The notes under the pieces were generated by a model that saw only the letters and a program-made list of their open reading frames with translations, was not told the DNA's origin and did not search any database. A stretch of DNA of 64,000 nt. Origin: an uncultured Pelagibacteraceae bacterium (GTDB lineage: Bacteria > Pseudomonadota > Alphaproteobacteria > Pelagibacterales > Pelagibacteraceae). Shown piece by piece: positions 42,204 to 52,003 of this stretch. The first letter of the stretch is position 1. Each line of letters begins with the position of its first letter. A program made the translations under genes and the position numbers. The stretch covers positions 315 to 64,314 of the forward strand of contig CACGBI010000003.1 of the NCBI GenBank assembly GCA_902571235.1, in the 5' to 3' direction.

Positions 42204-42233
42204 ATATATGGTAAGAATTTTGAAAATTGCTAG
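42204..42233 (-). promoter_or_regulatory. RpoH-type promoter of grpE
   Basis: CTAGCA-N16-CCATATAT, 6 nt before the ATG. Confidence 0.6.
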
Positions 42234-42239
42234 ACTTTA

Positions 42240-42836
42240 ATGAAAAAAATTTCCACTCTTTTAATAGGCACTAATAACAAGGGAAAATTAAAAGAAATAA
42301 AGGAATTACTACCAAAACGTATTAAGATTTACTCCACTAAAGACTTTAAAATCAAAAGTCCTATAGAAAATGGAAAAACATTCGAAGAAAATTCAAATAT
42401 TAAATCAAAATATTTTTCTAAAAAAACTAATTTAGTATGTTTAGCAGATGACTCAGGTCTAGAAATAGATATTTTAGATAAGGCACCAGGAATTTACTCT
42501 GCAAGATGGGGTGGAAAAAATTCTGATTTTAAAAAAGCTATTAGAAGAGTTTATAAGGAGTTAAATAAAAAAGATAAAAATTGGAAAAAAAAAAAAATCA
42601 AAGCAAGATTTATTTGTTCTTTATCAATACATTATTTAGAAAAAAAAATAGCTTGTGTTAGAGGTAAAGTTGAAGGAAAAATTTCAAAAGAGCCTAAAGG
42701 TGATAATGGTTTTGGCTATGATCCAATATTTATTCCTAATGGAAAAAAACTCACTTTTGGGGAAATTTATCCAAGAATAAAATACAGGATTGACCACAGA
42801 TTTAATGCTTTTAAAAAGATTAAAAAATTTCTTTGA
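42240..42836 (+). CDS. rdgB: Non-canonical purine NTP pyrophosphatase RdgB/HAM1
   Basis: TNNKGKLKE, TFEEN, ADDSGLE, PGIYSARW, GFGYDPIF, HR. Confidence 0.95.
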   Translation: MKKISTLLIGTNNKGKLKEIKELLPKRIKIYSTKDFKIKSPIENGKTFEENSNIKSKYFSKKTNLVCLADDSGLEIDILDKAPGIYSARWGGKNSDFKKAIRRVYKELNKKDKNWKKKKIKARFICSLSIHYLEKKIACVRGKVEGKISKEPKGDNGFGYDPIFIPNGKKLTFGEIYPRIKYRIDHRFNAFKKIKKFL

Positions 42837-43974
42837 TCACACCTTCTTCAATTTTATAAAAATTAAGCCTATGATTAATTTTATTATTTTCTATATCAAA
42901 AATCCCAATTTTACCTTTAAATGAATTTTTTGCCTTAAATGCTTTATTAATATCAGAAATACTATTTTTTAATGAGAGATAAAAAATTAACCCAACTAAG
43001 TCATAACTTAATAAAGATAAATGATTAGGGTTTTCGTTAAATTGTTTAAAAAATTTTTTCTCGAATAGTTCTAAATTTTCTTTATTGATAGAAGGATAAT
43101 ATATTGGTTGTGATGTAGATTCAGTCAATAAACTCTCATCAAACCATTGATTAAATGTTATAAAATATTTTTCTTTTGGTGAAACATCTGTGTAAAGTAA
43201 AGAGGTGATAACACTTTTTAAACTCTCATCAAAATCAGCAATAATTATTGAGTCAAAGTTTACATTTCCAATTGTATATCTTTTTTCAAGATTTTTTATT
43301 TTACTTTCTTTATTTGGATCATCAGAGTTTTCTAATCTAGTTATTTCATCAATTAAATTTTGCTTCCGAATTTCATAATTTGTAATTTTTTCAATTTGTT
43401 TTGTAAGTTTTGTAGGCTCAATGTCATAAAAATATTGTTTAAGTTTTTTTATTTTAGATTCTTTTATTCCTTTTTTAATTTCTAGGTCATAATCTAGATT
43501 GGGTATTAAAAGTATTGTTTTATTTATTTCATTTTGATCAATAAATTTTTTTATAGTGTTTAATTGAGATGTTGAATTAACACCAGTGCTGATCACATTT
43601 TTTGGCAGATCAAGAGTCTTATTTGTAAATGATAAAAATGTTACATCTTTAACTTCTTCAAGATTAATTAAATTTTCATAAAAAACTGGACCGATAATTA
43701 AGTTTATTCCCATTTGTTTTAATTCATTTGCAACTTTTAAAGTAGTGTTTGGATCTGAACGAGTGTCTTTTGGAAATATTTCAATTTTGTCAGAATTTAT
43801 ATCTTGTAAAGCTAATCGAGTAGCTTTTATAATTTGTTTTCCAATCTCATTATCATCTCCACTTAACGGTACAAGTAAACCGATCTTAATTTTAATATTC
43901 TCAGATGCATTTAGAGTAATAAATGAAAATAAATTGAGGATAATTATTAAAAGAATTTTAAAAATTTTATTCAT
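42820..43974 (-). CDS. LpoA/LppC-like periplasmic binding-fold protein (penicillin-binding protein activator family)
   Basis: Signal peptide, KIGLLVPLSG, IIGP, LSYD, FKGKIGIF; divergent from rsmI as in lpoA loci. Confidence 0.7.
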   Translation of the reverse strand: MNKIFKILLIIILNLFSFITLNASENIKIKIGLLVPLSGDDNEIGKQIIKATRLALQDINSDKIEIFPKDTRSDPNTTLKVANELKQMGINLIIGPVFYENLINLEEVKDVTFLSFTNKTLDLPKNVISTGVNSTSQLNTIKKFIDQNEINKTILLIPNLDYDLEIKKGIKESKIKKLKQYFYDIEPTKLTKQIEKITNYEIRKQNLIDEITRLENSDDPNKESKIKNLEKRYTIGNVNFDSIIIADFDESLKSVITSLLYTDVSPKEKYFITFNQWFDESLLTESTSQPIYYPSINKENLELFEKKFFKQFNENPNHLSLLSYDLVGLIFYLSLKNSISDINKAFKAKNSFKGKIGIFDIENNKINHRLNFYKIEEGVIKEIF

Positions 43975-44008
43975 TTAATGTTATTTTTAATCTAATACTG
44001 TTTAAATT

Positions 44009-44869
44009 ATGGTAAATCCTATTTTGCACAAAAATGAGTTAAAAAAAGGTTTATATTTAATACCTACTCCAATTGGTAATTTAGGGGATATTACCTTTAG
44101 AGCAATAGAAATACTCAAAAATTCAGACTTTATACTTTGTGAAGATACCAGAGTATCAAGAAAGCTGTTAGATAAATTTGCAATAAAAGTAGATTTGATT
44201 TCAAATCACAAATTTAATGAAAAAAAAAATCTCACAAAAATTATTAATATTTTAAAAGATAACAAGCGTGTTTCATTGATTTCAGACGCAGGGACTCCAG
44301 GTATCTCAGATCCAGGTATGATTTTAGTAAATGAGTGTGTAAAACAAAATATTAATGTTATTCCATTACCTGGTCCATCAGCTGTGACGACAGCAGTATC
44401 TGTCAGTGGTTTTAATGAAAAATATTTATTCTATGGTTTTTTTCCAGAAAAAGAAAAAATAATAATTGAGGAGTTAGAAAATTTAAAGAACCTTGATTTT
44501 TGTCTTGTTTTTTTTATATCTCCTAAGAAAATTAATAAAATTATCCCTTACTTGAATATTTACTTTAAAGGTAGAAAGATACTTATCTGTAGAGAGATTT
44601 CAAAATATTATGAAGAATATATAAGGTTAAGTTTAGGAAATTTAAAACTATTTGAAAAAGAGCCCAAAGGTGAGTTAACAATTGTCATTTCTGAGAAACA
44701 AATCAATAATAATACTTCACAAATGATAAGTGAATCAGATAAAAAGAATATCAATATTATGCTAAACAAATTAAGCAATAAAGAGATTGCAAATATAATT
44801 AGCAAAAATAGCAATGTTTCGAAAAAAGAGATTTACGAATATTGTGTAAAGTTAAAAAATGAAAAATAG
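44009..44869 (+). CDS. rsmI: 16S rRNA C1402 2'-O-methyltransferase RsmI
   Basis: PTPIGNLGDIT, CEDTR, SDAGTPGISDPG, PGPSA, REISK. Confidence 0.96.
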   Translation: MVNPILHKNELKKGLYLIPTPIGNLGDITFRAIEILKNSDFILCEDTRVSRKLLDKFAIKVDLISNHKFNEKKNLTKIINILKDNKRVSLISDAGTPGISDPGMILVNECVKQNINVIPLPGPSAVTTAVSVSGFNEKYLFYGFFPEKEKIIIEELENLKNLDFCLVFFISPKKINKIIPYLNIYFKGRKILICREISKYYEEYIRLSLGNLKLFEKEPKGELTIVISEKQINNNTSQMISESDKKNINIMLNKLSNKEIANIISKNSNVSKKEIYEYCVKLKNEK

Positions 44870-45452
44870 ATTAATAATATTTTTTTTTATAAGCTTAATT
44901 TTATCAGGTTGTGTTGGAGTCTCATCAAAAGGACTTTTTGGTACAGGTGTCAGTGTTGCTTTTGATCCAAGGACTGTTGGTACCCAAGTAGATGACTCAA
45001 TTATGCAAAAGAACTTATCCGCAAGAATTATTTTGATGGACAAAAAATATTTATTAACAGTTAAGACAAAAGTTTTAGATGGTAGAATTTTTATAACAGG
45101 TAAGGTAGATAACCCTGAGGAAAAACTTCAACTCACAAAATTAGCATGGGAAACAAATGGAGTAAGATCTGTTAGAAATGATCTAAAAATAAAAGAAGAT
45201 TTTAATTTTAAACAATCAGCTAAAGACATTTTAATAACATCTCAATTAAGATCTGCGATGATATTTAACAAAAATATTAAAGCAACAAATTATCAAATAG
45301 ATACTTACAAAAAAAAAATTTATGTTTATGGGATTTCTTTAACTTCGGATGAAAAAGATTTGGTAATAAGTGAAGCTAAAGAAATTCTAGATGTAGAGGA
45401 CGTTATTGCAAGTATAATTCTTGTAGATGATTTAAGAATACAAAAAGACTAA
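44859..45452 (+). CDS. BON-domain lipoprotein (DolP/YraP-like)
   Basis: Lipobox LSGC, DPRTVGTQVDD, two BON repeats. Confidence 0.88.
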   Translation: MKNRLIIFFFISLILSGCVGVSSKGLFGTGVSVAFDPRTVGTQVDDSIMQKNLSARIILMDKKYLLTVKTKVLDGRIFITGKVDNPEEKLQLTKLAWETNGVRSVRNDLKIKEDFNFKQSAKDILITSQLRSAMIFNKNIKATNYQIDTYKKKIYVYGISLTSDEKDLVISEAKEILDVEDVIASIILVDDLRIQKD

Positions 45453-47738
45453 CTATTTGTTATAATCAATTTTCTCTGCTGAATATGCTGCAATTGAAGC
45501 TAGGTTGATTAATTCTGATGTTGAGGTCCTTAGTGGTGCAATTTCTATGGGAAGACCCAAACCAATTAATAAAGGTCCAATAACTTTTGTATCTCCTATG
45601 GTTTTCATTAATTTGTAAGATATTGCTGCACTATGTTGCCCTGGCATAATAAGTATATTTGCTTTACCAACAATTTTCGCAAAAGGATAAAGCTCTTCAT
45701 ATTCTGAATTTAAAGCAACATCAGGCTGCATGTCTCCATCAAATTCAAAATTTACATTTCTATCTTTAAGTATATCTACTGCTTTTTTGATATGTTTTGT
45801 TCGACTTGTTAGAGGTTGACCAAACGTTGAATGAGAAACAAAGGCAACTTTAGGATCAAATCCAAAAAGTCTGACAACTCTTGCTGTGGATATAGCCATA
45901 TCAGCCATTTGTTCAGATGTTGGATATTCGTGTACGCTAGTGTCCCCAATAAAAATAGTTTTACCTTTATGAACTATCATATTAAGTCCAAACAGTATCT
46001 CTCCTTTTCTAACGTTTACAACCTGTTTAATTTTTTCAAGCGAAGCTCCAAAACGTCTGGTGTTTCCCGTTACCGCACCATCTGCATCACCACAAGCCAC
46101 CATACTTGTGGCCCATACAACTCTATCATTTCTAATCATTCTATCACAATCTCGTTCTAATAATCCCTGTTCTCTTTGTAACTTTTTAAACAAATGTTTT
46201 ACATATCTCTCCCTTTTTTTTTCATCTTTTGAGTTAACAATTTCAATGTCAAAATTTTCACTGTAACCAATATTCTTTATTTGTTCTTTAATCTTACTTT
46301 CTTTACCAACTAAAATCGGAATTCCTAATTTAGAATTTTTAAATGCTATAGCTGCTTTTAAAGTATTTTCATCTTCACCATCAGCAAATACAATTCTTTT
46401 TTGATTTTTTTTAATAAAAGAATTTATACCTTGCATTATTGTTACAGTTGGGTCGAGTCTTTGCTTGAGCTGTTCTTTATAAACCTCAAAATCATCAATT
46501 TTCTTTCTAGCCACTCCACTTTCTATCGCAGCCTTTGCTACTGCAGCAGGTATTACACTAATTAATCTTGGGTCAAAGGTAGATGGAATTATATATTCTT
46601 TTCCATAGTGAGGTCTTTCCCCACCCATTGCTGCAACAACTTCATCAGGTACATCTTCCCTTGCAAGCTTAGCTATTGCATTAGCAGCAGATACTTTCAT
46701 TTCCTCATTAATTGTTTTGGATCTTACATCAAGCGCCCCTCTAAAAATGTATGGGAAACCTATTAGATTATTTACTTGATTGGGATAATCTGATCTTCCG
46801 GTTGCAACAATTGCATCATCTCTTATTTCATTAACTTCTTCTGGTGTAATTTCTGGGTCAGGATTTGCACATGCAAATATGATTGGATTTTTTGCCATTG
46901 ATTTAACCATATCTTTTTTAAGAACACCTTTTGAGGATAATCCTAAAAAAACATCTGCACCCTTAATGGCATCTTCAAGTTTTCTAAATTTTGTTTTTGC
47001 GGCATATCTTGATTTCCATTGGTCTATACCTTCGGTTCTTCCTTCATAAATTACTCCTTTTCTATCTAGCATGATTATGTTTTCAGATTTAACACCTGAA
47101 TTTTTGAATAACTCAGTGCAAGCTTGTGCCGACGCTCCAGCGCCATTAACAACAACTTTAATTTCTTTTATTGATTTACCACAAATATCTAATGCATTTA
47201 TTAGTGCTGCAGTTGTTATGATTGCTGTGCCATGTTGATCGTCATGAAAAACTGGAATATCTAAAATTTCTTTTAATTTTTGTTCTATTATAAAACAATC
47301 TGGAGCAGCTATGTCCTCTAAATTAATTCCACCAAAACTTGGTGCAAAATTTTTTATAGAATTAATTATTTCATTAGTATCTTTACAATCTATTTCTAAA
47401 TCAATGGAGTCAATATCTGCAAATCTTTTAAATAAAACAGCTTTTCCCTCCATCACTGGTTTTGATGCTAGAGCACCTAAATTGCCCATTCCTAAAATTG
47501 CAGAACCATTACTTATAACAGCAACTAAGTTTCCTTTACTTGTGTAATCATAAGCAGCTTCAGGGTTTTCACTAATCATTTTTACTGGAGCGGCTACGCC
47601 TGGTGAATATGCTAAAGCAAGATCTCGCTTAGTTGTCATATTTTTTGAAGAAATTATCTCAATCTTGCCAGGTTTTTTGTCTTTATGAAAATCTAAAGCT
47701 TCTTTATCTGTGTAATGATCAATACTTGTTTTTTTCAT
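45453..47738 (-). CDS. maeB: NADP-dependent malic enzyme with phosphotransacetylase-like domain
   Basis: LAYSPGVA, KPVMEGK, INLEDI, FHDDQHGT, ATGRSDYPNQVNN plus C-terminal PTA domain; likely start MKKTSID at 47738. Confidence 0.95.
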   Translation of the reverse strand: MKKTSIDHYTDKEALDFHKDKKPGKIEIISSKNMTTKRDLALAYSPGVAAPVKMISENPEAAYDYTSKGNLVAVISNGSAILGMGNLGALASKPVMEGKAVLFKRFADIDSIDLEIDCKDTNEIINSIKNFAPSFGGINLEDIAAPDCFIIEQKLKEILDIPVFHDDQHGTAIITTAALINALDICGKSIKEIKVVVNGAGASAQACTELFKNSGVKSENIIMLDRKGVIYEGRTEGIDQWKSRYAAKTKFRKLEDAIKGADVFLGLSSKGVLKKDMVKSMAKNPIIFACANPDPEITPEEVNEIRDDAIVATGRSDYPNQVNNLIGFPYIFRGALDVRSKTINEEMKVSAANAIAKLAREDVPDEVVAAMGGERPHYGKEYIIPSTFDPRLISVIPAAVAKAAIESGVARKKIDDFEVYKEQLKQRLDPTVTIMQGINSFIKKNQKRIVFADGEDENTLKAAIAFKNSKLGIPILVGKESKIKEQIKNIGYSENFDIEIVNSKDEKKRERYVKHLFKKLQREQGLLERDCDRMIRNDRVVWATSMVACGDADGAVTGNTRRFGASLEKIKQVVNVRKGEILFGLNMIVHKGKTIFIGDTSVHEYPTSEQMADMAISTARVVRLFGFDPKVAFVSHSTFGQPLTSRTKHIKKAVDILKDRNVNFEFDGDMQPDVALNSEYEELYPFAKIVGKANILIMPGQHSAAISYKLMKTIGDTKVIGPLLIGLGLPIEIAPLRTSTSELINLASIAAYSAEKIDYNK

Positions 47739-47790
47739 TTCTGATAACAATAAGTGTACAATTGGGGTAAAATTAAGACTAATATGATTT

Positions 47791-49320
47791 ATGAACTTAC
47801 TTAAGTCAACAGGCACATTTGGTTTTTATACGATCATAAGTAGATTGCTTGGTTATTTAAGAGATATATTGATAGCAATTTTTCTGGGAACAGGAATGTT
47901 AGCTGATGCTTTTTTTGTAGCATTTAGAATACCTAATACTTTTAGAAGATTATTTGCAGAAGGTACTTTTAATGCAGCATTCGTTCCAAGTTATTCATCA
48001 GAAATTGTTAAAGGTAAAAAAAAATCAAATAAATTCGCTAACGATATTTTTAATTTTTTATTCTTAGGATTGTTATTTCTCATAATTATAATTGAAATTT
48101 TCATGCCATTATTTGTTTCACTTATTGCTCCAGGATTTATTGGTGACTCAGAAAAAATGGGAGTTACAATAAATTTAACAAGGATCACTTTACCTTTTTT
48201 ATTTTTTATTTGTTTGGCATCATTTTTTTCAGCAATTTTAAATTCACATAATAAATTTGCAGCTGCAGCTGCAGCACCAATAATTTTAAACATTGTTATG
48301 ATATTAGTATTATTTTTTTCAAATTCTTTGGGAGATCATCTTGTTTATTATTTATCTTATGGTGTTTCATTAGCTGGTTTTTTGCAATTAATATTTTTGT
48401 ATAAATATGTATCAAAGTACTATTCGATTGAGTTTAATTTTAAATTTAATGCAAGCAATAAAGTGAAGTTTTTTTTTAAAAAACTTTTACCAAGTATTTT
48501 TTCTTCTGGAGTTACTCAAATCAACATTTTAATTGGAACGATTATTGCATCTTTTCAAGCTAGTGCAGTTTCTTATTTATATTATGCAGATAGAATTTAT
48601 CAAATTAATTTAGCAATAGCTGGTATTGCGATAGGCGTTGTTGTTCTTCCGCAACTTTCAAAATATGTTCAATCTAAAAAAAAAAATAAGATTTTACTTT
48701 TACAAAATAAAGCCCTTGAATTAAGCTTATTTTTTAGTCTTCCTGCCGCTATTGCTTTAATCATTGGATCAGAACAAATTGTTTCAGCTCTATTTGGGTA
48801 TGGATCCTTTAATGAAAATTCAGTGAACAAATCAAGTTTGGCTTTGTATTATTTCGCATTGGGTCTACCTGCTTTCGCTTTGATTAAAGTCTTTTCAAGT
48901 TTTTTTTTCGCAAATCACAATACTAAAACACCATTTTATGTTTCATTGATTTCAGTAATGCTTAATGTTTTTATTAGTATTTATTATTTTAATGAAATAG
49001 GTTTTATTATAATTCCTATAGCAACATCTATCTCATCTTGGTTTAATTCAATATTGTTATTTTTTTTCTTGAAAAATCTCAAATTATTTCAATTTAATAA
49101 ATTATTTTTTGTGAATTCTATTAAAATAATTATCGCATCAGTTCTTATGGGTTTATTTTTTAATTTCTTATTAAACTTTTTTCAAAATGAACTAGCATTT
49201 AATAACTTAATTAAATCTTTATATTTAATTTTATCTGTTATTTTAGGATTATTATTTTATTTAATTGTGTGTTATTTCATCAAAGCTTTCAAATTAGAGG
49301 ATATTAAATTAAAGTATTAA
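47791..49320 (+). CDS. murJ: Lipid II flippase MurJ
   Basis: SRLLGYLRD, ADAFFVAFRIPNTFRRLFAEG, YLYYADRIYQ; multi-pass membrane protein. Confidence 0.96.
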   Translation: MNLLKSTGTFGFYTIISRLLGYLRDILIAIFLGTGMLADAFFVAFRIPNTFRRLFAEGTFNAAFVPSYSSEIVKGKKKSNKFANDIFNFLFLGLLFLIIIIEIFMPLFVSLIAPGFIGDSEKMGVTINLTRITLPFLFFICLASFFSAILNSHNKFAAAAAAPIILNIVMILVLFFSNSLGDHLVYYLSYGVSLAGFLQLIFLYKYVSKYYSIEFNFKFNASNKVKFFFKKLLPSIFSSGVTQINILIGTIIASFQASAVSYLYYADRIYQINLAIAGIAIGVVVLPQLSKYVQSKKKNKILLLQNKALELSLFFSLPAAIALIIGSEQIVSALFGYGSFNENSVNKSSLALYYFALGLPAFALIKVFSSFFFANHNTKTPFYVSLISVMLNVFISIYYFNEIGFIIIPIATSISSWFNSILLFFFLKNLKLFQFNKLFFVNSIKIIIASVLMGLFFNFLLNFFQNELAFNNLIKSLYLILSVILGLLFYLIVCYFIKAFKLEDIKLKY

Positions 49321-49321
49321 A

Positions 49322-50323
49322 ATGAATAAAAAAATATTTTCAGGTGTTCAGCCCACAGGTAACTTACATTTAGGAAACTATTTAGGAGCTATTAAAAATT
49401 TTGTTGAATTGAACAATGATGATAAAAATGATTGTGTATTTTGTGTGGTAGATTTACACGCTATTACAGTAAAACAAGACCCAAAAGAGTTAAGAGATAA
49501 TATCAGAGAAACAGTGGCAACTTTTATTGCCTGTGGAATAAATCCAGAAAAAAGTATTATTTTTAAACAATCAACTGTTTCTGCACATTCAGAGGCTGCT
49601 TGGTTGTTAAGTTGTGTAGCGCGAATGGGATGGTTGAACCGAATGACACAATTTAAAGAAAAGGCTGGGAAAGATAAAGAGAAAGCCAGCATCGGACTCT
49701 ACTCGTATCCAATATTAATGGCCGCAGATATTCTACTTTATGATGCAACACATGTGCCAGTTGGGGAGGATCAAAAGCAACATTTAGAACTATGTAGAGA
49801 TATAGCTCAAAAATTTAATAATGATTATGCTGTAGATGATTTTTTAAAAGTTCCAGAACCACTTATTCAGAAAGAATTCTCAAGAATAATGAGTTTAAAA
49901 GATGGAACAAAAAAAATGAGCAAATCCGACTTATCAGATTTAAGTAGAGTAAATTTAACAGATGATAAAGATTTGATTATTAACAAAATTAAAAAAGCAA
50001 AAACTGATCCATTACCACTACCAAATAGTTTGAATGAACTGAACGCAAGACCAGAGGCAAAAAATCTTTTAGGGATATATTCAAGTTTAACAAATTTTAC
50101 ATTAGAACAATCAATTAATGAATTTAGTGGAAAAAATTTTTCTGAATTTAAAGAAAAGCTTTCTCAAGTATTAGTTGAAAAGATTGATAAAATCTCAAAT
50201 GAAATAAAAAAATTAAATACCGATAAAAAGTATTTAGACCAAATTCTTTTAGATGGTCAAAAAAAAGCTAATGATATTTCGTCATATAAATTAAAAAAAA
50301 TGCACGAAATTATAGGTTTTTAA
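49322..50323 (+). CDS. trpS: Tryptophan--tRNA ligase
   Basis: SGVQPTGNLHLGNY, YPILMAADIL, VPVGEDQKQH, KMSKS. Confidence 0.98.
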   Translation: MNKKIFSGVQPTGNLHLGNYLGAIKNFVELNNDDKNDCVFCVVDLHAITVKQDPKELRDNIRETVATFIACGINPEKSIIFKQSTVSAHSEAAWLLSCVARMGWLNRMTQFKEKAGKDKEKASIGLYSYPILMAADILLYDATHVPVGEDQKQHLELCRDIAQKFNNDYAVDDFLKVPEPLIQKEFSRIMSLKDGTKKMSKSDLSDLSRVNLTDDKDLIINKIKKAKTDPLPLPNSLNELNARPEAKNLLGIYSSLTNFTLEQSINEFSGKNFSEFKEKLSQVLVEKIDKISNEIKKLNTDKKYLDQILLDGQKKANDISSYKLKKMHEIIGF

Positions 50324-50375
50324 TAAAATTTTTTAAACAAGTTTCAATTTTATAATTATTGACTATATATTAAGT

Positions 50376-50915
50376 ATGTTCGTTCAAACTGAAGTAACCC
50401 CAAATCCAAATTCATTAAAATTCTTGCCAGGTAAAGCAGTTTCCAATGGTGGTTCTTTTGAAATTACAAAAAAAGATGATGTAAAAAATGAGCTTATTAG
50501 AAATTTGATGTCAGTTAATGGTGTTGAAGGAATTTTCCTAAGTAAAGATTTTATTTCAATAAATAAATATGATGATGTTTCTTGGGATGAAATAAAACAT
50601 ATTGTGATTTCTCTAATAAATGATTTTTATTCAAACGGCAGAGAATTTGTAATTGATAAAAGCCCTTTCGAGGATGATGAAAATCTTGGAGAGATTGAAA
50701 AAAAAATTGTTCAAATTTTGGATCAAAAGATAAGACCCGCTGTTGCAAAAGATGGTGGTGATATTAAATTTAAAAAATTCAAAGATGGTGTTGTAATGGT
50801 TCAGCTACAAGGAAGCTGTTCAGGATGTCCAAGCTCTACAATGACGCTTAAACAAGGAGTTCAAAACCTTTTGTGTCATTATTTGCCTGAAGTAAAAGAG
50901 GTGGTTGCCGTTTAA
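50376..50915 (+). CDS. NifU/NfuA-type Fe-S scaffold protein
   Basis: TPNPNSLKF N-domain; IRPAVAKDGGDI, GSCSGCPSS. Confidence 0.94.
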   Translation: MFVQTEVTPNPNSLKFLPGKAVSNGGSFEITKKDDVKNELIRNLMSVNGVEGIFLSKDFISINKYDDVSWDEIKHIVISLINDFYSNGREFVIDKSPFEDDENLGEIEKKIVQILDQKIRPAVAKDGGDIKFKKFKDGVVMVQLQGSCSGCPSSTMTLKQGVQNLLCHYLPEVKEVVAV

Positions 50916-50917
50916 TT

Positions 50918-52003
50918 ATGACAAAAATTTTCAAAAAAAATAAAATTAAAGTCCTAGAAACTATTGATAAAAACAATTTAGGTTCTTTAGCAAGGACTCT
51001 TTTAGGAAGTTTAGCAGTTATTTTTGTATTTTATTCATTGCCGTTAATAATTAATTATACAAACGATAATATACTAATTAGCAAAGAATTTAGAAATAAT
51101 TCAAAATCTGTTTTAGCTTATACCTTGGATAAGAAAAACAATAATTTATTGGATGCTAATGAAAAATTTGATGAAAGAGATTTGTTGATAGATATTTATA
51201 GTCTTAATGAAAAAGAAACTGATGCAGTACGATTAGATGCATCAACTATCAAACAACTTTATGAGGATACGGGTTACAAATTAGATGATATTAGAAAAAA
51301 TAAAATGGTAAAACCAGTAGCTCTTGACTCTTTTCCGCGTGAAATCAAGATGATAGAAAATACTAAAAAAAGAAAAGAATTTTTTATTCAAATTGTATTA
51401 CCTTTAATACTTCAAGAAAATAATAATATACGTCTAGATAGAAAAAGACTTTTTGGCATAATTAACAAAAGCAATAATTCAGATTTAGAAAAAAAATGGC
51501 TAAATAAAAAATATAAACAATATGGAATTCCCTCAAAAGACTTATCTACTTTAAAAGTAAGAATGGATGAGATACCAGTATCATTAGCTCTTGCTCAAGC
51601 AGCCAAAGAAACAGGTTGGGGAACTTCGAGATTTGCGCAAGAGGGTAATGCACTTTTTGGTCAATGGACTTGGTCTGGTGAGGGATTAAAACCTAAAGAG
51701 GCTGATGAAAATGAAGGACATAAAGTAATGAAGTTTAATGTCTTGCAAGCATCAGTTAGAGCATATCAAAGAAATATAAACACTCATAAAACTTATAGGG
51801 AATTTAGGTTAGCAAGGGCTCAATTAAGAGATGAAGGAAAGCCTTTAGACAGCATAATTCTCTCAAAGTATTTAGATGAATATGCTGAGACAGGAAAAGA
51901 ATATGTAAAAATTTTAAGAAAAATTATTGAACAAAATAATTTAAAAGATTTTGATAATGCTAAGCTTTTACCTTCAAGTCTAGAGCTAGAGAGTTTAATT
52001 TAA
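50918..52003 (+). CDS. Bax-like glucosaminidase domain protein
   Basis: N-terminal TM; RKEFFIQIVLP, LALAQAAKETGWGTSRFAQEGNALFG, NINTH, Y.ETG..YV. Confidence 0.85.
   Translation: MTKIFKKNKIKVLETIDKNNLGSLARTLLGSLAVIFVFYSLPLIINYTNDNILISKEFRNNSKSVLAYTLDKKNNNLLDANEKFDERDLLIDIYSLNEKETDAVRLDASTIKQLYEDTGYKLDDIRKNKMVKPVALDSFPREIKMIENTKKRKEFFIQIVLPLILQENNNIRLDRKRLFGIINKSNNSDLEKKWLNKKYKQYGIPSKDLSTLKVRMDEIPVSLALAQAAKETGWGTSRFAQEGNALFGQWTWSGEGLKPKEADENEGHKVMKFNVLQASVRAYQRNINTHKTYREFRLARAQLRDEGKPLDSIILSKYLDEYAETGKEYVKILRKIIEQNNLKDFDNAKLLPSSLELESLI

Noticed and set aside
47739-47816. Apparent maeB/murJ head-to-head overlap
   Set aside because: The malic enzyme-like sequence starts at MKKTSID (47738), leaving a normal 52-bp gap
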